This document shows, piece after piece, positions 11,791-23,172 of a stretch of 64,000 nt of DNA. The notes below the pieces were generated by a model that was given only the letters and a program-made list of their open reading frames with translations, was not told the origin of the DNA and ran no database searches. Within the stretch, counting starts at the first letter, position 1, and the number at the start of each line of letters is the position of its first letter. This DNA comes from Lama glama (lineage: Eukaryota), in the NCBI GenBank assembly GCA_028534125.1, contig CM052817.1, positions 97,838,001 to 97,902,000 of the forward strand, read 5' to 3'. The translations under genes were made by a program, and so were the position numbers.

Positions 11791-13670
11791 TCTGGTTTCC
11801 ACGTGGTGAGAGATGACAGTCACTAGAAGTGGATAGCTATTTTTTCTTTTCCCCATCATCACTTGATGGAAAGTTTTGACTTACTTTTTACCAGGATTCA
11901 TTGTTGCCTGAACTGGAAAATGATACCCCAAGATGAGTGGCGACCAGGAAAATGGGAATGTATAGTATTGTTTAAACTCAACATAATTTATCTTCCTCTT
12001 CCATTGTCTAATTATCAGCTGGTATTAGTGAAAGGAAAGACAGCCAAGATGGTAGCCAGCTAAGTAAAACACTGGCCCTAAGGCAGAAGCCTCATAACTG
12101 GAAATGTAGTTTACTTAAAAACCGACGTACACTGGACTAAATCATGTTCTACTCTTTTGATGGACACTTTCACTGTGAAACACAAAGTGGGAGATAGAAG
12201 GTAACAACTGAAATGAAAGACTGTCTAATCTGGCTTCTACAACTGAGTTGGGTACAGACAGTAGGTGGAAGGCTCAGAGAAAAGACACAGAGATGCCAAG
12301 AGACTGCAAAGTGAAGCCTGGGAGGAAATGCTTGCAGGGTTGTGATTATAAAGCCTGGAGTGAAGGTTGGACAATAACAATACTAAAGTCATAAAAAGAG
12401 TTGAAACTCAGCTGTGCAGCATGGTGGTCTTCTGTGAAGGCCAGGCCAGACGAAGACAAGGTGGGAAAAAGCTCTCTCATTCTTTGATGGTCTTTAATTC
12501 TGCTCCCCTGAAGAGGAAGCCCTCTTCCCATACACCCATCTTTCCTGCTCTTTCTTTCTTACATTGTCCCTGCCCTGCTGTTGCTTCTCTCCAGCATGTC
12601 TGTGGAAATAGGACTTAGAGCTCAAAGTTCTGAATATGAGGTTTCAGCAAGTAAGGACTAGATGTATGTACTTCAGCCAGTTCTGGTTTTACTTTAAGAA
12701 AAAAAAGAATAAATGTCTCCTAATTCGTAAAAGAAAGATAATGATTTCAATCTCATAGTCATGCTGAGGGGAAAAAATAAAATAACTGGCACAAAAATCA
12801 CTTTGTAACATGTAGGGTACATATGAATGTGGGTTTTTAGTGTTAACAACGTATTTCCTCATGCTTTACATCTTTCCCCTCCTCCTTGCAATTCCAAGTA
12901 ACAGAAAGCAGAGAAGAGAGAGTGAAAACTGGTGTCTCACCTTTCTTTATAGAGTAGCTTCTTATCTTTAAGAAGAGGCTCAGCAACAGAGGGATGGATC
13001 TTAGGCTCTCTGAGTCTTTATTCCAGTCTTATGATTTCATGACAAATAAGCCTTTACAAATTTCCTCTGTAGGGTTGCTTATTGCTTTTCTTCAGGGCCC
13101 AGAGCAATCACTACCCTCTTCTCAATCTATACTTTGAGGCCTTGGAAATGTTCTAAGGAGCAAACCAAGAGAAGGAACAATTTCAGAGGCATGATTATAT
13201 TATTGGTGTGGGTTGGGCAGTCAGCCTGTTCCAGGTTTAACCACCACCAAACCTTGCTCAAAGTATCCTGCAGCCAATGTGGATTTAATCCTGCAGTGTT
13301 TGTGTTTTGGAGGAGACCAAAGAGAAGCCCAGTCCCTCGGCCTTGGCCGTGGCCATGGTTTCCATGGTGATCCTAACAGAAGCCAGACCTCTGCTTCCTG
13401 CTATTTGAACTGTGCTACCTGAACAACCCAGGGCTGAGTCCCAGAGCCTTCTCATTCCTCTAGCTTTTCTAAAATCACAATAAACACTGCCTCAGCTCTC
13501 ACCGTGTAACCTGTTGGCCTGCTGTGGACCGCTTTCCTTCACAGCAAGACCTGAATTCTGCTGAGCGGAAGTTGCAAGTTTTTACAGTTTCCTCCTAGTC
13601 AAATCCAGAGTTTCACAAGAAGGTGGAGAATCACAGTTTTCATCCTTCATCTATTTCTGTCATTAGGGAC

Positions 13671-14133
13671 AGTAATAGTTTGTTAGGACTGTCATAGCAA
13701 AGTATCACAACTGGGAGGCTTTAATGAAATTTATTGTTTCACAGTGCTGGAAGCGGGAAGTCTGAGATCAAGGGGTCGGCAGAGGGGATTCCTTCTGAGG
13801 GCTGGGAGGGAGAATCTGTCTCATGTCTGTCTCCTAGCTTCCTGTGGTTTGCTGGCCATCTTAGGGGTTTCTTGGCTTCTACTGAATCACCCCAATCTCT
13901 GCCTTCATTTTTGCATGGCATTCTTTCTCCCTGTGTACATGTCTGTACCTACATTTCCCCTTTTTATAAAGACACCAGTCATACTGGATTAGGGCTCACC
14001 TTAGTTCAACTTGACCTCATCTTAACTAATTACCCCTTCAACAACTCTTTTCCAAATCAGGTTACATTCTGATGTAATGAGATTTAAAACTTCAACATAT
14101 GAATATTTTAGGGACACAATTCAACCCATAACA
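13671..14133 (-). mobile_element. MaLR solo LTR (MLT1C-like), antisense
   Basis: 'gaaatttattgtttcacagtgctggaagcgggaagtctgagatcaagg...gggacacaattcaacccataaca'. 5-bp TSD gggac / gtgac (13666-13670 / 14134-14138). Confidence 0.9.
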
Positions 14134-14602
14134 GTGACAAACTCTCAAATACATCTTGATTTAAGGATATTAGGTGTTCAACATGTGTGAAATATGGTTC
14201 TAGGTACTTTGGACATTGCTTAAAAATGGAAGTTATGAATGATCCCTGTCTACTAAGAACTTGTCTTTTAGTCAGAAGTCAACCATGTAGCTGAGAAAAG
14301 TTAAACAAATATATGGAAAGAATCTGACCAAAGTTAATTGTAAATTACCAACTTTTTTTAAACCAGAAAAAGAAAATTTGAGATTGGGATCCCAACATTG
14401 AAAATAGACAAAGCGTATTTGCTGTGATTCAAATGAAGTAGAGCATTTAGAGTGCCTTCTGCCCACTTCTTTTCATAGCAGCCATCGAGGCTTTTCATGG
14501 AAGAAATGTGATTCAATTAGAACTCCAAAGACTAGTTTGACCTGGAAACGCATAGCTGAGGAAAGGGAATGTGCAAGAATGGAGGACATAAAACGAATAG
14601 AA

Positions 14603-15016
14603 TAGTTCTGTTTACAGCAACATGGATGGACCTAGAGATTGTCATACTAAGTGAAGGAAGTCAGACAAAGACAAATATCATACGACATGACTTATATGTG
14701 GAAGCTAAAAAAAATTGACAGACATGAAACTATTTACAAAACAGAACAGACTCACAGACATTGAAAACAAACTTACGGTTACCAAAGGAAAAAGCAGGCG
14801 AGGGATAAATTGGGAGTCTGGGATTAGCAGGTACAAACTACTATATACAAAACAGATAAACAACAGGGTCCTACTGTATAGCACAGGAACTATAGTCAGT
14901 AGCTTGTAATAACCTATAATGAAAAAGAATATATATTTATGTATAACTGAATCATTATGCTGTACACCAGAAACTAACAAAGCATTGTAAATCAACTAAA
15001 CTTCAATTAAAAAAAA
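14603..15016 (+). mobile_element. 5'-truncated LINE-1 3' end, artiodactyl-type
   Basis: 'cagcaacatggatggacctagagattgtcatactaagtgaag...aacagggtcctactgtatagcacaggaac...gctgtacaccagaaactaac...ttcaattaaaaaaa'. Confidence 0.9.
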
Positions 15017-15519
15017 TAATGAATGGAGCACATAGCATATGAGCAAAAGGTTGGTGGTAGGGACATGGAAGGAGTCTTTAGAAACTAGAGATCTGAGCTT
15101 TTTGGAAAACAGTCAAAGCAAATATAGAAAAGTAGGCTGTTATTCTAGGATGGAGAGTTTCATCATGGCTTGACTGAGTTCAGATCCTTGAAAGAAATTC
15201 CAGGGGATTGAAAGCTGTCCTAGCCTCCTAAAGATCTCCATATATTAAAGTCACCTTAGTCCCTTTTCTGCATCTTATCCTCATTCTGATGGTTCCCAAT
15301 TCCTTGATTTTTTTTCCCTAGAAAAGCAGCACTGAAACAATCTTTGAATTGGGAGGGGGTTTTAGAGATGTGTTTCTTTACTTTTATGCTATATAATGTA
15401 GCATAATTTAAAAAATTCCTATCAAGTTCATCTATGTAATATGGATTTACGATTTGAACAGGATCAGATGACAGGATTATGGAAAAAAGAGAATTGCATA
15501 TCAAGTCTTAGGACCTTAG

Positions 15520-15690
15520 GTACGATATTGTATTTCACCTTTACAGATTTCTGAGAAAGAGGTTTTACTATTCCTAATTTATAGATGAAAAATTTGAAGT
15601 TCAGGTAAAGTAATTTTCCCGATGTCACAGCAAGTAAGAATAAGAGCTGCACTCTGAACCTAGAGCTTCTAGACTATAAAATCTATCCTT
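15520..15690 (-). mobile_element. MIR SINE, antisense
   Basis: 'tttatagatgaaaaatttgaagttcagg...aagtaattttcccgatgtcacagcaagtaag'. Confidence 0.75.
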
Positions 15691-16289
15691 TATTTCCCCT
15701 AAGAGAACACAAGGTCAATGCCTGTGGTGAAAACCTAGAGCAGAAATGACAAAAGAATGGAAGGTTTGTGATCTGGGGAAGCCTGAATCCAGACTGTTCC
15801 ATATATATTAGACTTTCCTTACAGACCAGGGCACAATTACATCTTTAAACTCAGCCTTCCATGTCCATTGTTGAGCCAATGGAAGATTTTCCCTGCTCTG
15901 AAATACACATTCAGTAGGAGCCACTTCCATCCCATCTCCAGTAATTCCATGATATGGAGTGGTCCTTACCTGCTTCCATTCTTGTTTATCAGCCTGTTGT
16001 TCAAGACATTGTCATTTCATTACCGCTGAACTTCATGAAATATACTGTATTTCCCTTAAGTTTTGTGCACACTATTTTTATGTACATATGTAGTCCGCAT
16101 GTTATACAACACAAAGTGATTTAGCAGAAGTGCAGGTCAACTGCTGCTTCTAGGATGATGCTTAATGGTCTTAGCAGGAAATGGATCACAGACGACTGTA
16201 TCAGGATATGAATGTGTCCTCCACTGGTGGGCACTGGGCATGTACATTCAGTACTGGAGGAGAAACAAAGTTTCAAATGAATGGAGCCA

Positions 16290-16790
16290 AGATACTGAGC
16301 TATGGAGAATATTTCTATATCTTATAGTTTGTATAAAAAATTAACTTGAAAGAATCGTTCCCAAGTTTGATAACAACACAAAAACATATGTGACAATATC
16401 ATTAATAAGTTGCAAAGCTGAAACTTTCTAGTAAAACTAATTTTCATCAATCATGCAAGAGGAAATGAATTATTATTTCTATTTTAATAAAAATTGTATT
16501 ATAAAATTGTTGTCCTGCAAGGTAGTGGTTAAGAAGTATGCAGCCAGAAAAGTGTAGGAAAAAAAAAGAATTACATAACTGTGTTGGTAACTTCATAAGA
16601 ATAGTTATTTTTATGAATTTTGTGATGTTCGTGTTATTTGTTAGGCTTTGAAAACTTATATTATGTTTTAAAATTTTAAGTAAGTAATCATTTTGTACCT
16701 AATTTCATATTATGATTTGTATTCTTTTTCTTAAAAAGAATTCCTACTAATGAATAAGCATCAAACCATGCAAAATCTAGACTCTTTCTT
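16290..16790 (+). mobile_element. hAT-Tip100 DNA transposon fossil (Zaphod-like) with transposase C-terminal remnant
   Basis: From 16358, with one frameshift: FPSLITTQK/TYVTISLISCKAETF*, and later KVVVKKYAARK. This resembles the hAT C-terminal dimerisation motif (FPxL..xLPxTSxxAERxFS). The 3' end 'ttgtattctttttcttaaa...aagcatcaaaccatgcaaaatctaga' resembles the Zaphod/MER96-type terminus. Confidence 0.7.
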
Positions 16791-17559
16791 GAATCTCAGC
16801 AATAAATTAACAGTCAATAATAGTCAAGGTATCTAAAGAGAAAAAAGACTTCTAAATGTGGCCCGTGTAATCTTACCTTGATGTCATCAAAAACAACCTC
16901 AGAAAAAACATTCTCTGAATTTCCCATCTGAGCCTCACTGTTTCAGAAGTTCATCTTACATTTTAGAATATACAAACTTGTGTCAAAGTATTCGCCAGGC
17001 TTCTGTGTATTAATTCCTGGTGCAGTTCTTCCCAGCCTAGACATAGAAATGTGGAAAAACGCACAACGATACTAAAAAGTAGAAGTAAATGTCAATCGAT
17101 GGCCGTGATTTGTGAAGAATTTCCATAAACTATGAAGCCATTAGAATTTCTGCCCTGGCTAGTAGTCTATAAATGGTTTGCTTTTTCAGATAGAACTCAT
17201 CTAGTATCTTCAAGAAGGTAGAAATATTTAAGGTCTATTAATGTCCAGCCATTGGCTCCAAGTCCCTCAGCTCTGTCCCAAACATTCAAATGAGCAGCTG
17301 TCATGCATAGAGATATTCTCTTAGAGGTTTGGTGAGACGCCATTCCCCACTTTCTCTTACCATCAGTAGCTCTTTTTGTACATATTTTAGAACTAAAAAG
17401 CAAAATGAAAAAAAAAACACAAAACAGGCAGATATAAAATGAAAATGGGAGTGGCCCATTATGTCACAGAGGCAAAGAGCTTGTAAATGGAAGGAGAACA
17501 GGAAAAGCCCTGATAGGAAGAAACACTGCAAATTAGACTATTCCATATATTCCAATTAC

Positions 17560-18400
17560 TCTGAGTGATATAAAATCAGGGAGTAGAAAGATCAGCACAT
17601 CTAGCCTACATAATGGCTCAGAAGACAGAGGAATGGAGCTAAAAGTTGTCTACATAATCTTGTTCTTCAGATGGATGTATAAGCCAGGAGACCGCTCATC
17701 CAAAAATGAATAGGAAATGGAGCTGAGGAAGTTTGGATAGTGGATGATTCCTTAGGGAAACAAAAAAATGTTAAGTATTACAGTATATGGAAGTGGAATA
17801 CCATCTCAATGATTTATTATTAAAAGAATAGAACCCAGAAAGTGAATTTTTGCATGGAAGAAAAGAAAATTCAATACAAATTTAATTTAAAAAACTCGCA
17901 GTCTTAATACTTTTACTTTACTAGGTGAACACCTAGGTTGTAAGAAGTTAAATTTCTTAGGAAGCAGAAGCAAAAGCCATCTGGAAGAGTAATGCTATGA
18001 AAATAAACATTGGGTGTGGGGTTAATTTTTTTAAAGACAACCAATAACTAATCACATAATGACAGAATGAGTGTCTGCCGGTAAAGGGAAGAATGTATGT
18101 TGCAGAACACCAAATGGGTAATATCAAGGGTGAGTGTGTGAGTGCTTCCAGCATGCAGAGGCACAGGACGAGAACCAAGAGCAGTGGGAGAGAAGACAGC
18201 AGATAGTGAAGACAGAGAACAAAGATCCAACATAAAAAATACATGCGAACTTAAGGAAAATGCCAAGCAATGGGAACAACACACTAAGCAAAGGCAAACT
18301 AAACAATAATATTTGGACTGAAAAAACAAACAACAACAAGAAAAAAACTGGTGAAGGTGGATTGAAAAAGCTTATCATGTTCCAAACAAAATTATGAACA
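17560..18400 (+). mobile_element. Highly decayed L1 ORF1/HAL1-like fragments
   Basis: Purine-rich sequence with 'gaagacagagaacaaagatccaacataaaa' resembling L1 ORF1; weak. Confidence 0.35.
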
Positions 18401-18429
18401 GATCCTATGCCAGTTTAAGAAACTGGGCA

Positions 18430-18850
18430 AACTTAGGAATAACCGGTACACAAGATAGATGGAGACTCAAATTAGGCTCAAATGAGAATTTACTTACAGA
18501 GAGACTAATTACAAAGGGATGGATGAGATGTGTGTCACTACTTATGAGCCCAAGGGGAAAAGAGGTGGAGAGAGAGATTATCGAATCCAAAATGTGAGTA
18601 TGTTATGTAGATAAGGCCACTTTGAGATGATCGATGACTTTCTGTTAAAAAATATACCAGCTTGATGCAAACTCACAAGGGGAAAATATATGTTAATCTC
18701 ACTCCCCTTTCTCCTCCAACTCTTATCCCTGTAAGCCAAATCCAACAGGAAACTCAGAGCAGGGATCCCAGTGGTGTTATTCAGGCCAACCCCTCAGGAC
18801 AGAGTAAATAGCATGGAGAAAGGACATGATAAACAGATGGAGGATACACA
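18430..18850 (-). mobile_element. ERVL-class LTR (LTR33/LTR41-like), antisense
   Basis: 'agatggagactcaaattagg' and 'gccaaatccaacaggaaactcagagcaggg...caggccaacccctcagg' resemble reverse-complement LTR33-family sequence (recall). Confidence 0.45.
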
Positions 18851-19473
18851 ATGATCCCCCACTACGCATAAGTAAATCATGCAACATTTGATAATGGAGG
18901 GGATAAGATGAATAAATAAGAAAGAAAGTGGCTTAGCAAATATTTATTTATATATTTATGATTATTCTTAATATATTTTAAAACAGAATGCATGATTTTT
19001 AATAGAGAATGTATATAATGTAAAATAATCTGAATTATGATAATAGCCCATGTCTCAAAACCAGAGATTAGAGTAAGATAGGATGGATAAATAGATTAAT
19101 TTCTGATTTCACAAGGCATATGGGAAAGATAAAAAACATTATTTTATTTTTCACCCTGATATTTAGAAGAGCTATACTTGTGTTTGAAAAACTTAAAATT
19201 TAATTCAGATAGGCACAAACTTTACCTTTTGCTATGTGCAATTTAAAGGGAGAAAATTTAAATTGCATGTAGCAAAAAGGTAGAGTTTTAAAAAAGGTAA
19301 AATAAGAAGACTGGAGTAAGGAAAAATATTTTTAATAGTAATTACACTTTCTAGTCTTAAAAGCTGAAGACATTCCGATTAGATTTAAAAAATCCAATAG
19401 TATGCTGCTTTAACCAAATATAATAAACTAAATGAAAAATAAATAAAAATTATATTATTCATCATGATCTGTA

Positions 19474-20909
19474 AAATGGTTCTAACTTTTTGATCTCAGG
19501 ATCTTTTTACCCTCTAAAATATTATTGAGGATCTGAGAGTTTTTATTTTTGTGGATTATATTTATATAGGTTGTATTACAAATTAATTATTTTTTAGTCA
19601 GGTTGATTGATCTCCATATAGTAAAATTTACCCTTTAAGTGTGCAAGTCTATGACTTTTGACAAATTTATAGAGTTGTGTAAGCACCACTACAGTTAAGA
19701 CACAGGATATTTCCACACCCTTTTGAGGTTAAATGCCTCTCTCCACTCCCACCCTAGACAATCTGTTTTCTGGCCCTAGAGTTTTAATTTTAGCAAATAC
19801 CATATAAATGGAGTTATACATCATATAGCCTATGGAGTCTGGGTTCTTTCACTTAACATAACGCTTTTGAGATTCATCTATATTGTTACATGTATCAGTA
19901 GTTTGGCCCTTTTTATTGCTGAGTAGTATTTCATTGTATAGCTGCATCATGATTTCTTTATTGAATCACCTGTCAATGGATATTTGAGGTTTCCAGTTTT
20001 TGGTTATTACAAATAAAGATGTTACAAACATTTTTGTATAGGTTTTTGTGTGGGCGTATGTCTCCATTTCTCTGGGTAAAGACCCAGGACTGGGATTGTT
20101 ATATCCTGTAGTAAAGAAACTGTGTAAGAAAAAACTTTATAAAAAACACTTCCAAAGTGATAAAACACTTTTGCATTTCCTTGAACAATGTATGAGAGTT
20201 CCACTTACCCAGTATTATTTTAGCTATTCTAATAGATGTGTAGCATTACCCTATTATGGTTTTAATTTTCATTTGCCTAATGAATAATGATACTGAGCAT
20301 GTGTTTACGGCTTATTTTCTATCTGTATCTCTTCCTTGGTAATGTGTCTGTTCACATCTTTTACCTATTGAGTTGTTTATTTTCTTATTATTGAAACTTC
20401 AGGGTTCTTACTATCTTCTGGATACTAGTTCCTCATTAGATATGTGTTTTGCAAATATTTCCTTCTACTTGGTGGCTTGTCTTTTCTTTTTTCATTTTTT
20501 TTAACAGTGTCTTTCAAAGAACTGAAATTTTAGATTTTGATAAATTCCAATTTATCAATTTTTAGTTTTATGGCACACTTTTTTGTATCCTGTCTATGAA
20601 AACTTGGCCTAACTCAAGGTTACAGGACCTTCTCCCATGTTTTCCTCTAGATGTTTTATAAAAACTGAGAAATTTTAAAACACTAAAATACACAAGCACA
20701 CATACTATTAGCTATCAGAGTGTGACATATGTATGTATCAGAGCCATACATCATGTATACCAGAAAGTTTAGCTGTACACTCCTGAGAGAATGAGAGTGA
20801 AGAAGGCAAATAACATCTTAGAATTACTCTGAAAATATTTACCTTGTGAGCTTTCTGAAAGGGCCTCAGAGACTGATAGTAGTCCCTAGACCACATTTGA
20901 GAAACACTG
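19474..20909 (+). mobile_element. Charlie1-family hAT non-autonomous transposon, split by an L1 insertion
   Basis: Left half 'tggttctaactttttgatctcaggatc...attattgaggatc' (19474-19585); right half 'aaaactgagaaattttaaaacac...gaccacatttgagaaacactg' (20660-20909), followed by a tctaga-type target site. Confidence 0.75.
19590..20660 (-). mobile_element. LINE-1 3' portion (L1MB-like), antisense, nested in the Charlie element
   Basis: T-rich start, then 'ttttattgctgagtagtatttcattgtata' and 'attagatatgtgttttgcaaatattt' (antisense L1 3' UTR and ORF2 end). Confidence 0.85.
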
Positions 20910-21711
20910 GTCTAGAATGTAAAGATAATCAAACACAAATTATAAGTGGCAATATTAAATTTCAAATGAAATAAAATTCAAGGCAATACATTAAAAAAGA
21001 CAAAAGGGTATTTTCATATTGACAAATTCTCCTTTACCCAATGAAATGATAGTAGCTCTAAGTTTTATGTACCAAGTAACACAGCTCTCAAATATATTTT
21101 AGGAGTCTGGAAATATAAGGGTACATTAAAGTCATTGCAATTGTATTTGAAGAAATTATTACACTTCTTTATTTCTTTAGCAGGTAAAGAGCACAATAAT
21201 AGAAATACAGAAATGTTAAAGGAAAAGAATTACTTGGACTATATGAAACTTCATATTTTGTACACAGAATGTATGTTATTTTAAGCATTTATTGAATATT
21301 TGGAAATACTATCATGCTACATCTCAATATATAATGTAGGTTTCATTCTGTGAATAAATACAGTAAACTTAGAAAATAACTATGTAAATCAAATAAATAA
21401 ATAGAATAGAATTTACAGAACACTCTTCTAAATAATCTTGAACCATAAAAGAAACCAATAATACATTAATAAACAATTTAGAAAAGAACACAGAAGAGAC
21501 CATTATATGCCAAAATTTATAAAAGATTGACAGTCTTACTCAAAAACATATCCAGAGACTTTACTTTTATATTAATTAATGAATAAAGAGGGAATATGAA
21601 GAAACTTTGTAGCATTCAAATGAAGAAAAATATAAATAGATACACCTAAGTAAAGTAGTGAAGATTAAATAATAAAATCATAGAAAAGGAAAGATTTTAA
21701 AAGTGCTGTGG

Positions 21712-23172
21712 AAGGAAATGAAAACACTAACCCCAAAAGATCCCTGCACTCCTATGTTCACAGTAGCGTTATTTACACTAACCAAGACATGGAAATGTCC
21801 TAAGTGTCCACTGATGGATGAATAAACAAGTTGTGGTATATATACACAATAGAATATTATTCGGCCATAAAAATGAGAAAATCCTACCATTTGTGACAAA
21901 ATGGATGAACCTTGAAGGCATTATGCTAAGTGAAAGAATCAAACAGGGAAAGACAAATACTATATGATCTCACTTGTATGTGGTGTCTACAAAAACAAGA
22001 AAAACTTCAAAATACTCTGAAAGTCAGATAAAAAAGGATCAGATTTGTGGTTATCAGAGGAGGGAAGTGGTAGGGGTAGGCAGGAGAAATTGGAGGAAGA
22101 GGGTCAAAAGATATATTGATACTGGGCATGTAATGGACAACATGGTGACTATAGCTAACATCGCTATATGATATATAAGAAAGTTATTAGGAGAGTAAAT
22201 CTTAAGAGTTCTTACAAGGAGAAAAGTTTTTTTGCTTTTTCTATTTATTGTATCTAAACGAGATGGGGGGCTCAATCAAGATGGCAAAGTAGGAAGATGC
22301 AGAACTCAGCTTCCCCCTACAACAAACACATCAAAAATACATCTTCATGTGGAACAATTATCACTGGAAACTAACTGGAGACTGGCAAAAAGCTACCTGT
22401 ACAACAAAAGCTGTAAGACAGATCCACACAGAATTGGGTAGGAAGGGAAGAGAAATGATCAGGTCAGAACTTGAGCCCCTGGGAGGGGACTCAGAGAAAA
22501 TTGCGCTGGTGGAGATCCTCCCTGGGGAGTGAATGGTTCAAGTAACATATTGGGTGCCCAGCCCTGGGGTCCAACATAGGGAAGACGAGTTCCCTTGTCT
22601 GGTTAGAAGGCTGGTGGGACTGACAGGAGGGTTGTGGGAAGCCGAGACTCCACTCGTGAGGTGTGTGGTCAACCACTTAGATAAGCTGGTACAAAGATCA
22701 AAACACAAAAAATTATAAAATCAACTACAATTACAATAAGTAGTAAAGGGATAAACATGAATATGTAAAATATGACATCAAAAACACAAAGCATGAGAGA
22801 GGAGAGTAAAAAAAATCACAGGAATATAAAAGCTCATAAAAAGATACTACAAATAGTCATATGCCAACAATTTGGGTAACCTAGAATAAATGGACAAATT
22901 TCTAGAAACATACAACCTTCCAAGACTGAATCAGGAAGAAGTCAACAATCTGAACAGACCAATCTCTGGATTTGAATTGCAGATTGAACTTGTAATAAAA
23001 AGCTCCCAGCAAACAAAAGTCCAGGACCAGACAGCATTGCAGGGAAATTCTACCAAACGTAAAAGAGAGCTAATACCTGTCCTCAAACTGTTCCAAAAAA
23101 TTGAAAAGGATGGAAGACTCCCCGTTGTATGTTAACTGTATCTCAATAAAACTGGAAAACAATTAAAAATAA
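21712..23172 (+). mobile_element. LINE-1 3' end (L1MA9-like), interrupted at 22265-23122
   Basis: ORF2 end and 3' UTR at 21712-22264; terminal 'tgtatgttaactgtatctcaataaaactggaaaa' at 23123-23172. Confidence 0.75.
22265..23122 (+). mobile_element. Internally deleted L1: 5' UTR start + inter-ORF piece + ORF2 piece
   Basis: Begins 'ggggggctcaatcaagatggc' (L1 5' end with YY1-type motif). ORF 22890..23135 (MDKFLETYNLPRLNQEE...LIPVLKLFQKIEKDGRLP) is L1 ORF2. Confidence 0.85.

Noticed and set aside
22890..23135. 81-aa ORF as a gene
   Set aside because: Decayed L1 ORF2 fragment with internal frame disruption.
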